Source of the DNA: an uncultured bacterium
GTDB taxonomy: Bacteria; Patescibacteriota; Minisyncoccia; Phycocordibacterales; Phycocordibacteraceae
DNA length: 64,000 nt
Direction of reading: 5' to 3'
Assembly: GCA_903825105.1 (NCBI GenBank)
Contig: CAIJZI010000009.1
Span: 216-64,215 of the forward strand
The translations under genes were made by a program, and so were the position numbers. Below the pieces are notes generated by a model, which ran no database searches, was not told the origin of the DNA, and saw only the letters and a program-made list of their open reading frames with translations. Positions 9,700 to 20,410 of the stretch are shown here, piece after piece (the stretch's first letter is position 1; each line of letters opens with the position of its first letter).

Positions 9700-11160
9700 T
9701 TAGACGCCCAAATCCAAAATGTCATCGATGCGAATCTGCTCAACAAATTCTGGCACATGCGAGACGAGAATCATCGCACCGGTATATTGATCAAGCGCTT
9801 TGGCTATAATCGGCAAGTGACGGAAGTTGATATGGTTTGTCGGTTCGTCGAGAATAAGAAGCCCGGGTCGCTCGAGTACGAGCGAAGCGAAGGCGACAAG
9901 CCCTTTCTGCCCTTCTGATAAATTGCCTATTTTTGTCTGCATCACATTCGCCATCAGTAAGAAGCCAGCGGCGGTGGCACGCAATTTTTGTTCATCGGGC
10001 TGACCCATCGCTTTCATCAGTGCATCAAAAACGGTTTGATCGAAATCAAGTGTAGAAAAATCTTGGCGGTAATAACCAACCTTCACGCCCTCAGCTATCC
10101 CCGCGCCTTCGGCTGTGCCACGCGCGATGTGTTCAAGCAGGGTACTTTTCCCGATACCGTTTGGCCCGCGCAGGAGAAGATGATTATTTTTACGCAGAGA
10201 GATATTCACTTTTTTCTTCACCGGTTTTTTACCATTAAAAATACTGCAGGAAGTGAGAGCGAGCACTTCGCCACTTAACTTTTCTTGAGCAGGGATCGTG
10301 AACGGCCGAATCGGTGCATCTTCCTTTCGCACATCAACCTTCGATTCTTCCATTTCTTCAACCTCCGTACGCATCTTCTTCGCGACGAGACGCATCTTAC
10401 CGCCCTTCTGCGCGAAGAAGTTCGCTTTATCTTTATTCTCTTGAATTTTTTTCTCGAGCTGTGCGTTCTTCTTATTTTCTCGATCGATACGCGCGACAAT
10501 ATCGCGCTGTACATCGTTATAGTTCCCCGCATACTGCTCGATCTTGTGCGTGAAGACATCGAGATACAAAACACCCGTCGTAAATTTATTTAAGAAGTGT
10601 GCGTCGTGCGAGATCACGATGCAGGAATGTTGGTAATCGACGAGAAATTTTGTTAAATGCTCGATACCGGCGGTGTCGAGATTGTTCGTCGGTTCATCGA
10701 GAAGAAGAAGATCCGGGTCTTGAATCAGCGCTGAAGCGAGGAGAAGTCGCGCCTGTTGGCCACCAGAGAAGGTGCTCATCAATCGATCGTGCAGCTTCTC
10801 GTGATGTTTTAAATTCACTACTTCGAGCACCGCGTCGATTCTTGGGTCGATGTCATAAACCGGCTTATCAAAACATTTTAAGAAAAATTCGCGAACAGTG
10901 AGCGCGAGATCCGCGCGCGGGATAACCTGTGGAGCTGTCGCCACTCTCACACCACGCGACTGATGTATCTCTCCCGATTCTGGCTTTAAGACTCCTGCCA
11001 TCAAGTTGAAAAGCGTCGACTTCCCGGCACCGTTCTGACCCATTACCGCGAGCTTCATCCCGCTACGCACAGGGAAATCTACTTCGTCGAGTATTGGTTT
11101 ATTGTGCCCGTATCCAAACGAGACCCCTTCAAATCGTAAAATACTTTCTTCTCGACCCAT
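9700..11160 (-). CDS. ABC-F family ATPase
   Basis: Two NBDs (GQNGAGKST, GPNGIGKST, LDEPTN twice), no TM domain. Confidence 0.92.
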   Translation of the reverse strand: MGREESILRFEGVSFGYGHNKPILDEVDFPVRSGMKLAVMGQNGAGKSTLFNLMAGVLKPESGEIHQSRGVRVATAPQVIPRADLALTVREFFLKCFDKPVYDIDPRIDAVLEVVNLKHHEKLHDRLMSTFSGGQQARLLLASALIQDPDLLLLDEPTNNLDTAGIEHLTKFLVDYQHSCIVISHDAHFLNKFTTGVLYLDVFTHKIEQYAGNYNDVQRDIVARIDRENKKNAQLEKKIQENKDKANFFAQKGGKMRLVAKKMRTEVEEMEESKVDVRKEDAPIRPFTIPAQEKLSGEVLALTSCSIFNGKKPVKKKVNISLRKNNHLLLRGPNGIGKSTLLEHIARGTAEGAGIAEGVKVGYYRQDFSTLDFDQTVFDALMKAMGQPDEQKLRATAAGFLLMANVMQTKIGNLSEGQKGLVAFASLVLERPGLLILDEPTNHINFRHLPIIAKALDQYTGAMILVSHVPEFVEQIRIDDILDLGV

Positions 11161-11314
11161 AATTCTGTTTTATTAAATTTTAAAATAACATATTTTTCCA
11201 AAAAGCGCAACTCTGCCGCATATTCTAGCTGCGACGCCGCCGTAGTTGACAAATACAAGCGACTGTGCTTTTTTAGACTGATCTGAGAAGATCAGCAGAA
11301 AGAGAGTCCAGAAG

Positions 11315-11746
11315 ATGGCTGACACGATCTTTGACTTGGAGAAGTTTATCCTCGGTTCAGGAGAACTGGATCGGATGAAAAAATCAATCAACCTTGCTCT
11401 TGCGCATTTCTATGGATATTTCCGTCAGGTGTATGAGGCAGTTATGTCTGAGAAAGATCCTGGAGTGGAGTCATGTATCATTGTCAATCTCCGCATTCAG
11501 TACCATAAGACAATTGATTTTGTTGCCAAGAATCAGACATACAATATAATAGTTGGCGATAAGGTCATATCCACAGGGACACATGCCCTAGCGGAACACC
11601 TTTCGCCTGAAATTACGCTCCAGTGCTATCTTCGCTTTGGCGATTTCATGGAGAAGATGTTTCAAATCTATCCGCCGCACCAAGAACTTCTCGATCGTCT
11701 GGAGACCTTCTACGCCGCCGCGGAGCGCGCGAAGAAGCAGTCCTGA
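11315..11746 (+). CDS. Hypothetical protein
   Basis: 143-aa ORF followed by hairpin terminator 11764-11795. Confidence 0.55.
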   Translation: MADTIFDLEKFILGSGELDRMKKSINLALAHFYGYFRQVYEAVMSEKDPGVESCIIVNLRIQYHKTIDFVAKNQTYNIIVGDKVISTGTHALAEHLSPEITLQCYLRFGDFMEKMFQIYPPHQELLDRLETFYAAAERAKKQS

Positions 11747-11840
11747 ACCAGCCAATTGTTCCCGAGGCCAAGCCCAGCGCTTGGCCTCATTTTTTATAAC
11801 AAGTTGAATAAATGTCGATTTTGAAGTATCGTTTGTAGAT

Positions 11841-11911
11841 TGCCAGATCGTCTAACGGTAGGACCTCAGACTCTGAATCTGAGTATCTTGGTTCGAATCC
11901 AAGTCTGGCAG
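11841..11911 (+). tRNA. tRNA-Gln(CTG)
   Basis: TGCCAGA/TCTGGCA acceptor; TCAGA-CTCTGAA-TCTGA anticodon arm. Confidence 0.95.
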
Positions 11912-11979
11912 CCGATTTTTAAGCGTAAAAATCGCGTCGAAATCAGCAGATTTCGACGATGGTTATACTTCTTAAATTT

Positions 11980-12252
11980 ATGTATTTCGTCTACATCCTC
12001 GAATGCGCCGACCAGACGCTTTATGTCGGCTGTACAAACAATTTAGAAAAGCGCTTAAAACAACACAACGATTCAAAATCGGGCGCACATTATACAAAGA
12101 TTCGTCGACCTGTTATTTTAAAATATAGCGAATCATTCCCCACCCTCCTCGAAGCCCGCGGCCGCGAAGCCCTCATAAAACGCTGGCAGCGAGAAAAGAA
12201 ATTGGATTTGATATACAATAAAATTTATGGAAAAGAAAACGATAAAATTTAA
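11980..12252 (+). CDS. GIY-YIG nuclease (YhbQ/UPF0213-like)
   Basis: YVYILEC..LYVGCTNNLEKRLKQHN. Confidence 0.88.
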   Translation: MYFVYILECADQTLYVGCTNNLEKRLKQHNDSKSGAHYTKIRRPVILKYSESFPTLLEARGREALIKRWQREKKLDLIYNKIYGKENDKI

Positions 12253-12556
12253 AGACGAACTCGCGAAGCTTATTCTCGCTGGAGAAAAGACTCTTACTTG
12301 GCGACTGTTTGACGATAAAAATTTGTCTCAAGGCGATGATGTTGGTTTTATCAATTCAAATACTAAAGAAAAATTCGGCGAAGCGATTCTGACAAAAGTT
12401 TATGAAAAGAAATTATCTGAAGTTGAAGGCGAAGATTTTGATGGACATGAGAGATATTCAAGTGGAGAAGAAATGTACCAGACTTATCGAACTTATTATG
12501 GCGACAAAGTCGGTCCTGACACCATTGTAAAAATCATTCGTTTCGAGTTGAAATAA
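12227..12556 (+). CDS. ASCH domain protein
   Basis: ILAGEKTLTWR motif (GxKxxxxR). Confidence 0.8.
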   Translation: MEKKTIKFKDELAKLILAGEKTLTWRLFDDKNLSQGDDVGFINSNTKEKFGEAILTKVYEKKLSEVEGEDFDGHERYSSGEEMYQTYRTYYGDKVGPDTIVKIIRFELK

Positions 12557-12589
12557 CCCCGCTAACCAATCAGGGTGTATACTTCCCTC

Positions 12590-12976
12590 ATGTCTAAACA
12601 CGAAGGATTTCCAAGTCATTCAGAATCAGAAAAAGAACCGACACGAGGAGAAAAAATAATTGCATTAGCAAAAGAACTTTTTGAAAGCAATGAGACTTTC
12701 GCTTTTTTTGGTATTGACCTAGAGTCATATTTAAAAATGAAAGCGGGCGAAGCAGAAGATCCGGGCTACACGACTCCTATCGATGAGAATATCGAGAGAT
12801 TTGAAAATGAAGGAATGAAAGTCGTTCAAGGGAAAAATCCTCAAAGCGGGAATGTATATATTCTGCCAGCAGGAAGTACTGATATTGAAATGGATAGTAT
12901 TTCTCCCAGACAACTTAAGGTCAAGGAAGGAATGGATCCGAGACTTAAGGAATTAATTTTGCTTAGTAGAGGATAA
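12590..12976 (+). CDS. Hypothetical acidic protein
   Basis: ORF with TATACT 6 nt before ATG. Confidence 0.6.
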   Translation: MSKHEGFPSHSESEKEPTRGEKIIALAKELFESNETFAFFGIDLESYLKMKAGEAEDPGYTTPIDENIERFENEGMKVVQGKNPQSGNVYILPAGSTDIEMDSISPRQLKVKEGMDPRLKELILLSRG

Positions 12977-13018
12977 AAAACATTTACCTATTCGGCAAAA
13001 AAGATGTATCATACCATC

Positions 13019-13207
13019 ATGAACCTATTCAAACCAACCACCTTTACTTGGAAAGAAATCGCGCTGTTAAAATGGAGCGTGTTACTTATCGGTATCGCGA
13101 TTGGCGCGGAGTGGGCGAACATTTTTTCGAATTATTTTCTCGTGCTCATTATTATTGGCCTTATTCTCTGCATCCCGCCCACCATCGCGTGGATTAAGGG
13201 GCATTAA
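13019..13207 (+). CDS. Small membrane protein
   Basis: Two TM segments; TATCAT 6 nt before ATG. Confidence 0.6.
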   Translation: MNLFKPTTFTWKEIALLKWSVLLIGIAIGAEWANIFSNYFLVLIIIGLILCIPPTIAWIKGH

Positions 13208-13215
13208 AAAATAAT

Positions 13216-13377
13216 ATGATAATAAAAGGAAACTTTATCGGTGCGGCGATTGTAGCGATAATTTATACAATCTACATTTTGTGGCATCCATTTCCGATGA
13301 AATGGCAGATGGCGTCAGCACTCGTGATTCTAAACGCTCTCACGATTATACTTTTATCTTTTGCTTTTAAGATATAA
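13216..13377 (+). CDS. Small membrane protein (53 aa, below the ORF-track cutoff)
   Basis: Translated by hand: MIIKGNFIGAAIVAIIYTIYILWHPF...FKI; two TM segments. Confidence 0.5.
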   Translation: MIIKGNFIGAAIVAIIYTIYILWHPFPMKWQMASALVILNALTIILLSFAFKI

Positions 13378-13397
13378 GACTCCAACGGTTTTCTATC

Positions 13398-14882
13398 TTA
13401 CTCAACATGCACCTGAATATCCGTGCGTTCATTTTTTAATTTCAAAAAGAGAATCGTGAACGCGCCAACAAAGACAATAATCGACGAAATTAAGAAAACG
13501 AATGCATACGCATCCACCTGCGCCTTAAGCGTAATGAGACTGACATAGGTTTGGATGTCAGAAGGAATATGGCTTGAGAGTTTACTGAAGCTGTTGATCG
13601 TGAGCACATTCGTCGTGATGCGATTGTTGAGAATCGTCGCGAAGATGGCGATACCGAACGCGCCGGCGATGTTGCGCACGAGCGCGAGAATCGACGAAGC
13701 GATACCGATCTCACTCTCCGGTACGACCGAGGCAACGATGTTGGTGCGTTGTGCCATACCGAGGCCCAGCCCAAACGCCATCACCGAAAGCGGGATAACG
13801 ATATCGAGGGCCGTCGAGCGCGGATCGAGCCCGGTAAAAAGATAAATGCCGACTGAAGCGATGATCGTGCTCCAGAATATGACATATTTTGATTTTACTT
13901 TTCCTGTCAATCTGCCACCGATCGGCGCGCCCACCATCATCATCACTGCCATTGGGATAAAGAGGTAGCCCGATTCAGTCGCGCTGTAGCCGAGAAAGGT
14001 TTGTGCGAAAACGGGAGTGAGAAAAACGCCGCCCATCATCCCCATAAAGACCACGAAGTTGTTCACGAGCGCATTCACGAATGCAGGAATCTTGAAGAAT
14101 TTTAAATCGACAATCGGCTCCGGCGCTTTGTGTTCAATTTTAATAAAGAGACCTAAGAAAATGACAATGGCGAAATAGCAGATAATGCTCGCGACTGACA
14201 ACCAACCCCAATCTGATCCGCGGTCGAGAACGAGTACAAGCGCCGAGAGCATACTGCCGAGCGTAAGTGCGCCCCACCAATCAAAAAATTTCGTTTCTAT
14301 TTTTGAACGCGACTCGTTGATGAATCGCAGTGCCATATAGACACCCAAAAGGCCTATCGGTAAATTAATAAGAAAGACTGATCGCCAACCGAAGTTGTCG
14401 ATGAGTGGTCCACCAAGCAAGGGGCCAAAGACTACTGCGGCGGCAAATGAAGAAGACCAGATACCGAGCGCCTGCGCGCGCTCTTTCCCCTGTTTAAAAG
14501 TAACGGCGATAATCGCCATCGCGGTTGGATAATCGGCAGAACCGGCGATCGCCTGAATAATGCGAAAAACAATCATCGACGAGAGATTCCACGAGAGTCC
14601 TGCGAGAACTGAACCAACGATAAAAATACTAAAACCAAGAATGTACACCTTCTTTCTGCCGATCGTGTCTCCCAATTTCCCCCAAATTGGCACAAAAACG
14701 GCATTTGCGAGAATATACGCCGTCGCGATCCATCCGGCAGCAGAGACCGTGATGCCGAAGTCGTTGATAATCTTCGGCAAAGCGAGATTAACGATCGTCT
14801 GGTCGAGACGGCCAAGGAATGTGCCGATAATAACGGTGAAGAGAATCCACCAGCGCAGATTATTTTTTGGCTCTGGTGACAT
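13398..14882 (-). CDS. DHA2/EmrB-family MFS efflux transporter
   Basis: LDQTIVNLALP, WGKLGDTIGRK, WRSVFLINLP; about 14 TM. Confidence 0.92.
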   Translation of the reverse strand: MSPEPKNNLRWWILFTVIIGTFLGRLDQTIVNLALPKIINDFGITVSAAGWIATAYILANAVFVPIWGKLGDTIGRKKVYILGFSIFIVGSVLAGLSWNLSSMIVFRIIQAIAGSADYPTAMAIIAVTFKQGKERAQALGIWSSSFAAAVVFGPLLGGPLIDNFGWRSVFLINLPIGLLGVYMALRFINESRSKIETKFFDWWGALTLGSMLSALVLVLDRGSDWGWLSVASIICYFAIVIFLGLFIKIEHKAPEPIVDLKFFKIPAFVNALVNNFVVFMGMMGGVFLTPVFAQTFLGYSATESGYLFIPMAVMMMVGAPIGGRLTGKVKSKYVIFWSTIIASVGIYLFTGLDPRSTALDIVIPLSVMAFGLGLGMAQRTNIVASVVPESEIGIASSILALVRNIAGAFGIAIFATILNNRITTNVLTINSFSKLSSHIPSDIQTYVSLITLKAQVDAYAFVFLISSIIVFVGAFTILFLKLKNERTDIQVHVE

Positions 14883-14887
14883 ATTAA

Positions 14888-15529
14888 TTAATTCACATAC
14901 ACCGTGATTTTTGCAGACATACCATTCTTTAATTCTGGATATTTCGTCACATCAAATTTTATTTTCACATCAAATTTTTTCGTCGGTCGTTTATCAGAAA
15001 TAGAGAAGACAACACCTGTGTCGTCTGAAGTTTCGCTGACGCTCTCGACGGTGCCAACATAAGTCTTACTTCCAAATGCATCAACGGTAAAGGTCGCATT
15101 CTGCCCTGCCTTAATCTGATCGAGCCCTTTCGTCTCATCGATCGTTCCGACAACACGCATATCTTCAGGATGAATCATTGATACTACCGCCTGTCCGGGG
15201 GCAAAGAACGCGCCAATGCTATTTTCGATATGCGTAATCACTCCATTCTGTTTCGAAGTGACGGTGTTGGTGCCGACTAACGCAACCGGAGTGTCCGCAG
15301 CAATAACTTCATCTTCAGAAACATAGAGCGCGTTCAGTGTACCGGCAGTGTTTCCAGATAAATTTATAATGGGCGCATTCACATAGGAATTTTCTATAAA
15401 TATCGTACCGTTACTCGATTGCCAGAAGAGAAATCCGCCGAGTGCCAAGATAATAATCGCGATGCCGATACCGCTCTGCACCATCGTGTTTTTAAATATT
15501 TCTTTTTTATTGTTTTTTTCTTCGTTCAT
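14888..15529 (-). CDS. HlyD/EmrA-like membrane fusion protein
   Basis: N-terminal TM, lipoyl-like halves, LKNGMSA C-terminus. Confidence 0.8.
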   Translation of the reverse strand: MNEEKNNKKEIFKNTMVQSGIGIAIIILALGGFLFWQSSNGTIFIENSYVNAPIINLSGNTAGTLNALYVSEDEVIAADTPVALVGTNTVTSKQNGVITHIENSIGAFFAPGQAVVSMIHPEDMRVVGTIDETKGLDQIKAGQNATFTVDAFGSKTYVGTVESVSETSDDTGVVFSISDKRPTKKFDVKIKFDVTKYPELKNGMSAKITVYVN

Positions 15530-15540
15530 ATGGATTTACA

Positions 15541-16665
15541 TTATTTTGATGACATCTCGATTGCTGTGGTATTCGCCGAGGCGATTTGTCCCGCAGTGAT
15601 AACAACAGAGAGTATTGTGCCGTTTACCGGTGCTGTGATAATCGTATTGTCATACGCGGCTTGTGCAATTTGTAGAGCCCCTTGAGTACTCTCAACTTGT
15701 GCCTTCGCGATGGCGAGATCCTCTGCGCGTGCAGGTGCCTGTTTTAATGCGAGAGCGGCATTTGCCTGATCAAGCGCCGCTTGTGCACTATTTACCATTT
15801 GTACATCGTTGGTAATTGTCGTGTACGCAGCATCAACGGCGGTCTTCGCGCTGATAACAGAATTTTGATACGCCGTTACCGTCGACTGATTTCCACTCGC
15901 AGAGATTTGTGTGTAGGAGGTTAATACACTCAAAATAGACGACAGATACGCTCTGGAGGTCACGATGTAGGAGGTTGTATTTTTTACTGTTTTAATAACC
16001 GTTCCTTGGTCAAGATCCGAGGTTTCGTCGCTCCACATCCTCAAAGCAGTATTCACTTCGACACGCTGATTATTAATATCAGAAACTAATTGCTGACTGG
16101 TTTGCATCGTTCCGGCGATATAAAATTGGGGTGATGCTGTTTCTGGATTTGAGAACATACCGTTCGTATTTGATAAAACGGCGGTATTGACATTGTTATA
16201 GGCGAGCGTGAGATCGCGAAGAAGATTCTGCTTCGCATTCGCGAGCGCGGTTGTCGCACTCGCGACCGCCGCTTGGCTTACCTCTTTATCTGGCGTTGAA
16301 GCGCCATTCACCAGTTTGTCATAGTTCGTTTGTGCGACCGTATACGCAGCTTCCGCTTGGTTGATTGAGCCAAGTGAGCTCCCTGCGTCAAGGCTCGCGA
16401 GAACCTGACCAGCGACTACTTGATCACCAATTTTAACCGAGACATTTTTAATACGCCCTCCGACAGGAAAAGCGAGTGTTAAATATTTTGACGATACCTC
16501 GCCGTTTACAGTGGTTGTCGCGACCGGCAACTGCTGTTGAAAAATATTTTTCAAAGTCTCTGTGTGTATCAAAGTGCTTACTCCGCCAATAGCGAGCGCA
16601 ATGATGCCCACAGCGGTAATTACCAGCTTTGGTTGTGAAAATATTTTTTTAAAAAAGTCAGCCAT
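15541..16665 (-). CDS. HlyD-family efflux adaptor with a long coiled coil
   Basis: GRIKNVSVKIGDQV..GQVLA and ITAPVNGTI. Confidence 0.8.
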   Translation of the reverse strand: MADFFKKIFSQPKLVITAVGIIALAIGGVSTLIHTETLKNIFQQQLPVATTTVNGEVSSKYLTLAFPVGGRIKNVSVKIGDQVVAGQVLASLDAGSSLGSINQAEAAYTVAQTNYDKLVNGASTPDKEVSQAAVASATTALANAKQNLLRDLTLAYNNVNTAVLSNTNGMFSNPETASPQFYIAGTMQTSQQLVSDINNQRVEVNTALRMWSDETSDLDQGTVIKTVKNTTSYIVTSRAYLSSILSVLTSYTQISASGNQSTVTAYQNSVISAKTAVDAAYTTITNDVQMVNSAQAALDQANAALALKQAPARAEDLAIAKAQVESTQGALQIAQAAYDNTIITAPVNGTILSVVITAGQIASANTTAIEMSSK

Positions 16666-16666
16666 A

Positions 16667-17101
16667 TTATTCTTTGGTTACTATCGTGAGTATCTTGATA
16701 AGCTGTTTCCGTTCGGTCGCACGCAATTTTGAAAACATCTTTGTGAGAAGCGCGAACTTGCGCTCGTGAAAAGATTTAAGAAGTTTTAATGCGATTGGCG
16801 TGAGCGCGACGCGTATCGTTCTGCGATCGGCAGCATTCCCGGTGCGAGTGATTAGTTTTTTCTTCTGCATCGATTCGATAAGCACGGTCACTGACGGTGG
16901 AGTGATCTTGAGGTGAAGAGCAATATCTTTCATCGACGGATTTCCTTTTTCAGCGATGAATGACAATGCATCAATTTGAGACAGGGGGCAGCGCAGGCTC
17001 GCGGCCTCTTGACGCATCACTTCAACAAATTTCCTGCGAAAGGCAAAGAGCACTTCTTCAAGTGAATGGATATCTTTCTTCTGCGCGGAGGGGCAAGACA
17101 T
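16667..17101 (-). CDS. MarR-family regulator
   Basis: wHTH, DRRTIRVALT; heads the efflux operon. Confidence 0.88.
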   Translation of the reverse strand: MSCPSAQKKDIHSLEEVLFAFRRKFVEVMRQEAASLRCPLSQIDALSFIAEKGNPSMKDIALHLKITPPSVTVLIESMQKKKLITRTGNAADRRTIRVALTPIALKLLKSFHERKFALLTKMFSKLRATERKQLIKILTIVTKE

Positions 17102-17212
17102 GTTCAATTATCTAATAGTTAGATAGTCTAATGATATCACTCTATCAAATTTCGCGCAAGTATTTCCCCTTGGCACGCTTCTAGATAGCGAGTATCGCGC
17201 TATACTCATTAT

Positions 17213-17962
17213 ATGATTCGTAGCGTTGCTCGACCACAGGACACTGCTTGGCACCGTTCGCACCTCGCGCGACGCAGACGCACTTGGGTCATTATGACGG
17301 GCGTGATACTCGCCGCAGTGGTGCTCGCGCTCTTTGGCTATTTCGGCTCCGTCGGTTGGGGCGCGCTCGCTGAAGCGATTCTTCGCACCACCTATCGTCT
17401 CGCCTTCGCTTATTTCATCGCGCTCGTTATCGGTGTAATGGTCGCGCTTATCGTCGGTTGGCTCTCGCTCACCGACACACTTTTCCCTGTCTTCGATGTG
17501 CTCCAAAACATTCCTTCATTCGCCCTCATTCCCTTCTTTATTTATTTTCTCGGCTACACCGACCTGATGATTATTTTATTCTCGGTTACTTCTATTGTTT
17601 GGCCGATTCTCTTCGCCGTCCTCACCGCGATTAAGAGCGCACACCGCGATTTAAGCGACGCTGCCACCATTTTCGGCGCGCGAGGATTCCGCAGAGTTCC
17701 ATACTACCTCGCGCCTCTCTCTTACCCTTCAATAATTACGGGTTCTATTGTCGGTATCGCTATCGGCTGGGAGTCGATTATTGGTGCGGAGATTATCGCG
17801 AACACTTCTGGCTTCGGCGCATTTATAAAGACCGCGAGCGTCTCTGGGATAAATCAGGCAGCGATCGCGGGGATGTTCGTGATTCTTATTCTCGTCTTCG
17901 TGATTAATCGCCTTATCTGGGCTCCGCTTCTCGCGGAGAGCAGTCGTCGCTATGCAGAATAA
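17213..17962 (+). CDS. NitT/TauT-type ABC permease
   Basis: EAA-like motif DAATIFGA, IIGAEII. Confidence 0.85.
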   Translation: MIRSVARPQDTAWHRSHLARRRRTWVIMTGVILAAVVLALFGYFGSVGWGALAEAILRTTYRLAFAYFIALVIGVMVALIVGWLSLTDTLFPVFDVLQNIPSFALIPFFIYFLGYTDLMIILFSVTSIVWPILFAVLTAIKSAHRDLSDAATIFGARGFRRVPYYLAPLSYPSIITGSIVGIAIGWESIIGAEIIANTSGFGAFIKTASVSGINQAAIAGMFVILILVFVINRLIWAPLLAESSRRYAE

Positions 17963-18701
17963 CTCTACAAAAATCGCACTCGCCCTCTCGCGCGTTTCTG
18001 CGCGTTTTGAGGATGATAAAATGCGCGAAGTCCCGGTATTAAAAGAAATTTCTTTTTCTATCCCGACAGGAGGATTCGCCTCGATTATCGGCCCGTCGGG
18101 CGCGGGCAAATCGACTTTGATGCGCGTGGTCCTCGGCCTGATGAAAATAGAAAGTGGAACTATCGTTAGAAACTTCTCAAAGCCAGCAATGGTCTTCCAG
18201 AATTATGCGCTCTTCCCGTGGCTTTCTGCACTCGATAATGTCGCCTTTGGTCTTCGTATGAGTGGTGTGCCAAAAAAAGAGCGTGAAAAAATAGCGCGGG
18301 AAAAATTAAAAGAAGTTGGGCTCGAACATTTAGAGAAGCACTACCCAGCGGCGCTCTCGGGCGGTCAGCGTCAGCGCGTCGGGCTCGCACGCGCCCTCGC
18401 GATCTCGCCCGATCTCCTCATTATGGATGAACCATTTTCAAATCTCGACACTATCACCGCCGAAGCACTTAAAAAAGATTTATTAAAAATCTGGCGCGCC
18501 TATGGGATGACGATTTTAATGATTAATCACCTTATTCCCGACGCGATCGAACTCTCTGATCAGATTATAATAATGGGCGCTCGCCCTGGGAGCGTAAGAG
18601 AAATTATTTCTATAGACCTCCCGCGCCCGCGCGACACGCGCAGCGAGCGATTCTTTAAAGAAGTCGATTACTTAACGGGCGTCATCCGCGAGGTTTCCTG
18701 A
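17952..18701 (+). CDS. NitT/TauT-type ABC ATPase
   Basis: GPSGAGKST, LSGGQRQR, MDEPFS, LPRPR. Confidence 0.9.
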   Translation: MQNNSTKIALALSRVSARFEDDKMREVPVLKEISFSIPTGGFASIIGPSGAGKSTLMRVVLGLMKIESGTIVRNFSKPAMVFQNYALFPWLSALDNVAFGLRMSGVPKKEREKIAREKLKEVGLEHLEKHYPAALSGGQRQRVGLARALAISPDLLIMDEPFSNLDTITAEALKKDLLKIWRAYGMTILMINHLIPDAIELSDQIIIMGARPGSVREIISIDLPRPRDTRSERFFKEVDYLTGVIREVS

Positions 18702-18762
18702 AAACAAAACAAGGTTAAACCTTAAATCCGAATTCCCCCAAGGTTTAACCTTGTTTTGTTTT
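18702..18762. repeat. Composite palindrome with two AGGTTNAACCT cores (probable bidirectional terminator)
   Basis: aaacaaaacaaggttaaacctt...aaggtttaaccttgttttgttt between convergent genes. Confidence 0.7.
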
Positions 18763-19509
18763 TTAAATTTCTATTTTAGAAAAGAAGTATGATCCGAGAC
18801 CTAGGAAGATCGCGGAGACCGCTAGGAGCACACCGATATCGAGCGCGAGAGGAAAGGCACTAACGCCAATGAGGAAATAACGCAGTGCGTCGATGCCGTA
18901 TGAAAGCGGGTCAAATCGCGCGACAAGCACCAACGCCGCTGGCGCGCTGTTGAGTGGGAAGAATGCTCCCGAGAGAAAGACGAGCGGCATAATAAGGAAG
19001 TTCATAATGAGCTGGAAGCCCTGCATATCCTTCAAAAGCGAGGCGACCATAATCCCAAGCGAGCTGAAGAGGAGTGCGACAAGAAGCATAATAATAATCG
19101 CCGGCGCGATACCCGCGAGAGAAAGGGGGCGGAATCCGGCGAGCGTCGCGATAAGAAGAACGAGAATACCTTGAGCGCTCGCGACCGTCGCTCCACCAAG
19201 CGTTCGACCAAACATAATCGAGAGGCGCGAAACTGGCACGACCATCGTCTCTTTTAAAAATCCAAATTGGCGATCCCAGATCACCTGCATCCCGTTAAAG
19301 ATGGCACTAAAGATAATCGACATACCGATAATCCCCGGCGCGATAAATTCTAGATAATTCCCCTGCCCCGCCTTCGCGAATACAGGTCCGAGCCCGTAGC
19401 CAAGCGCGACGAGAAAGAGAATCGGTTGGCCCAAAGAGCCGATGATACGACTCTTCGATCTGATAAATCGTTTTACTTCGCGCAGCCACATTTGATAGAT
19501 AACATTCAT
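18763..19509 (-). CDS. ABC-2 (DrrB-like) permease
   Basis: DRQFGFLKE, FLSGAFFP, PLSYGIDALR. Confidence 0.88.
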   Translation of the reverse strand: MNVIYQMWLREVKRFIRSKSRIIGSLGQPILFLVALGYGLGPVFAKAGQGNYLEFIAPGIIGMSIIFSAIFNGMQVIWDRQFGFLKETMVVPVSRLSIMFGRTLGGATVASAQGILVLLIATLAGFRPLSLAGIAPAIIIMLLVALLFSSLGIMVASLLKDMQGFQLIMNFLIMPLVFLSGAFFPLNSAPAALVLVARFDPLSYGIDALRYFLIGVSAFPLALDIGVLLAVSAIFLGLGSYFFSKIEI

Positions 19510-19520
19510 ATATAAAAAAA

Positions 19521-20324
19521 TTAATGACCTCTGCCGCGCCACATGCCGCCATTTTGGCGCATACGGTCGACCGAGCTACTCGCCTCTTCACGAATAGTGC
19601 TCCCAGTTAATTTCAAAAACGCTTTTTCGAGTGTGTCGGTTCCTGTTTTCTCCTTCAATTCTTCACTTGTGCCTTCTGCAATAATCACGCCATGGTCGAT
19701 AATCGCGATACGCTTGGCAGTATTCTCCGCCTCCTCCATATAATGCGTCGTGAAGAAAACGGTCACGCCTTCTTCAGCATTTAACTTCTTTACATAATTC
19801 CAGAGGTGATTACGCGTCTGCGGGTCGAGACCGATCGTCGGCTCATCGAGGAAAATAATCTTTGGGTGATGCAATAATCCACGCGCGATTTCGAGGCGGC
19901 GCTTCATCCCGCCAGAAAAGTCGCGAACGAAATCATTTTTCCTATCCGCGAGCTCTACGAGCGCGAGGAGCTCATCGATGCGTGCATCGAGAATATTCTT
20001 CTCCACGCCATAGAGCGCACCGTGAAGTTTTAAATTCTCGAGAGCGGTCAAGTCTTCGTCGAGCGACGGATCTTGGAAGACGATGCCGAAGGAGTGTCGC
20101 GCGCCGTCAGAATTGGTCACCGGATTAAATCCGTTTATAAGAATAGTACCCGCAGTCGGGTGCGAGAGGGTGGTGAGCATCTTAATTGTCGTCGACTTCC
20201 CTGCGCCATTTGGCCCCAGGAATGCGAAAATCTCTCCTGCTTCAACAGAAAAAGAAATATCGTTCACGGCGACAAACTCGCCGAACTTCTTGGTGAGGTT
20301 CTTTACTTCAATAATATTCTGCAT
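19521..20324 (-). CDS. ABC-2 (DrrA-like) ATPase
   Basis: GPNGAGKST, FSGGMKRR, DEPTIGLDP. Confidence 0.92.
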   Translation of the reverse strand: MQNIIEVKNLTKKFGEFVAVNDISFSVEAGEIFAFLGPNGAGKSTTIKMLTTLSHPTAGTILINGFNPVTNSDGARHSFGIVFQDPSLDEDLTALENLKLHGALYGVEKNILDARIDELLALVELADRKNDFVRDFSGGMKRRLEIARGLLHHPKIIFLDEPTIGLDPQTRNHLWNYVKKLNAEEGVTVFFTTHYMEEAENTAKRIAIIDHGVIIAEGTSEELKEKTGTDTLEKAFLKLTGSTIREEASSSVDRMRQNGGMWRGRGH

Positions 20325-20410
20325 GATTCACTCTTTAATACGCCCAGTATACCATTTTGTTTTGTGGACTAATAATTTACTGAGATAATCTAATGCTAAA
20401 ATAAGTGAAC

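Noticed and set aside
11841-13377. Prophage or integrative element at tRNA-Gln
   Set aside because: No integrase or att duplication seen; only small accessory genes
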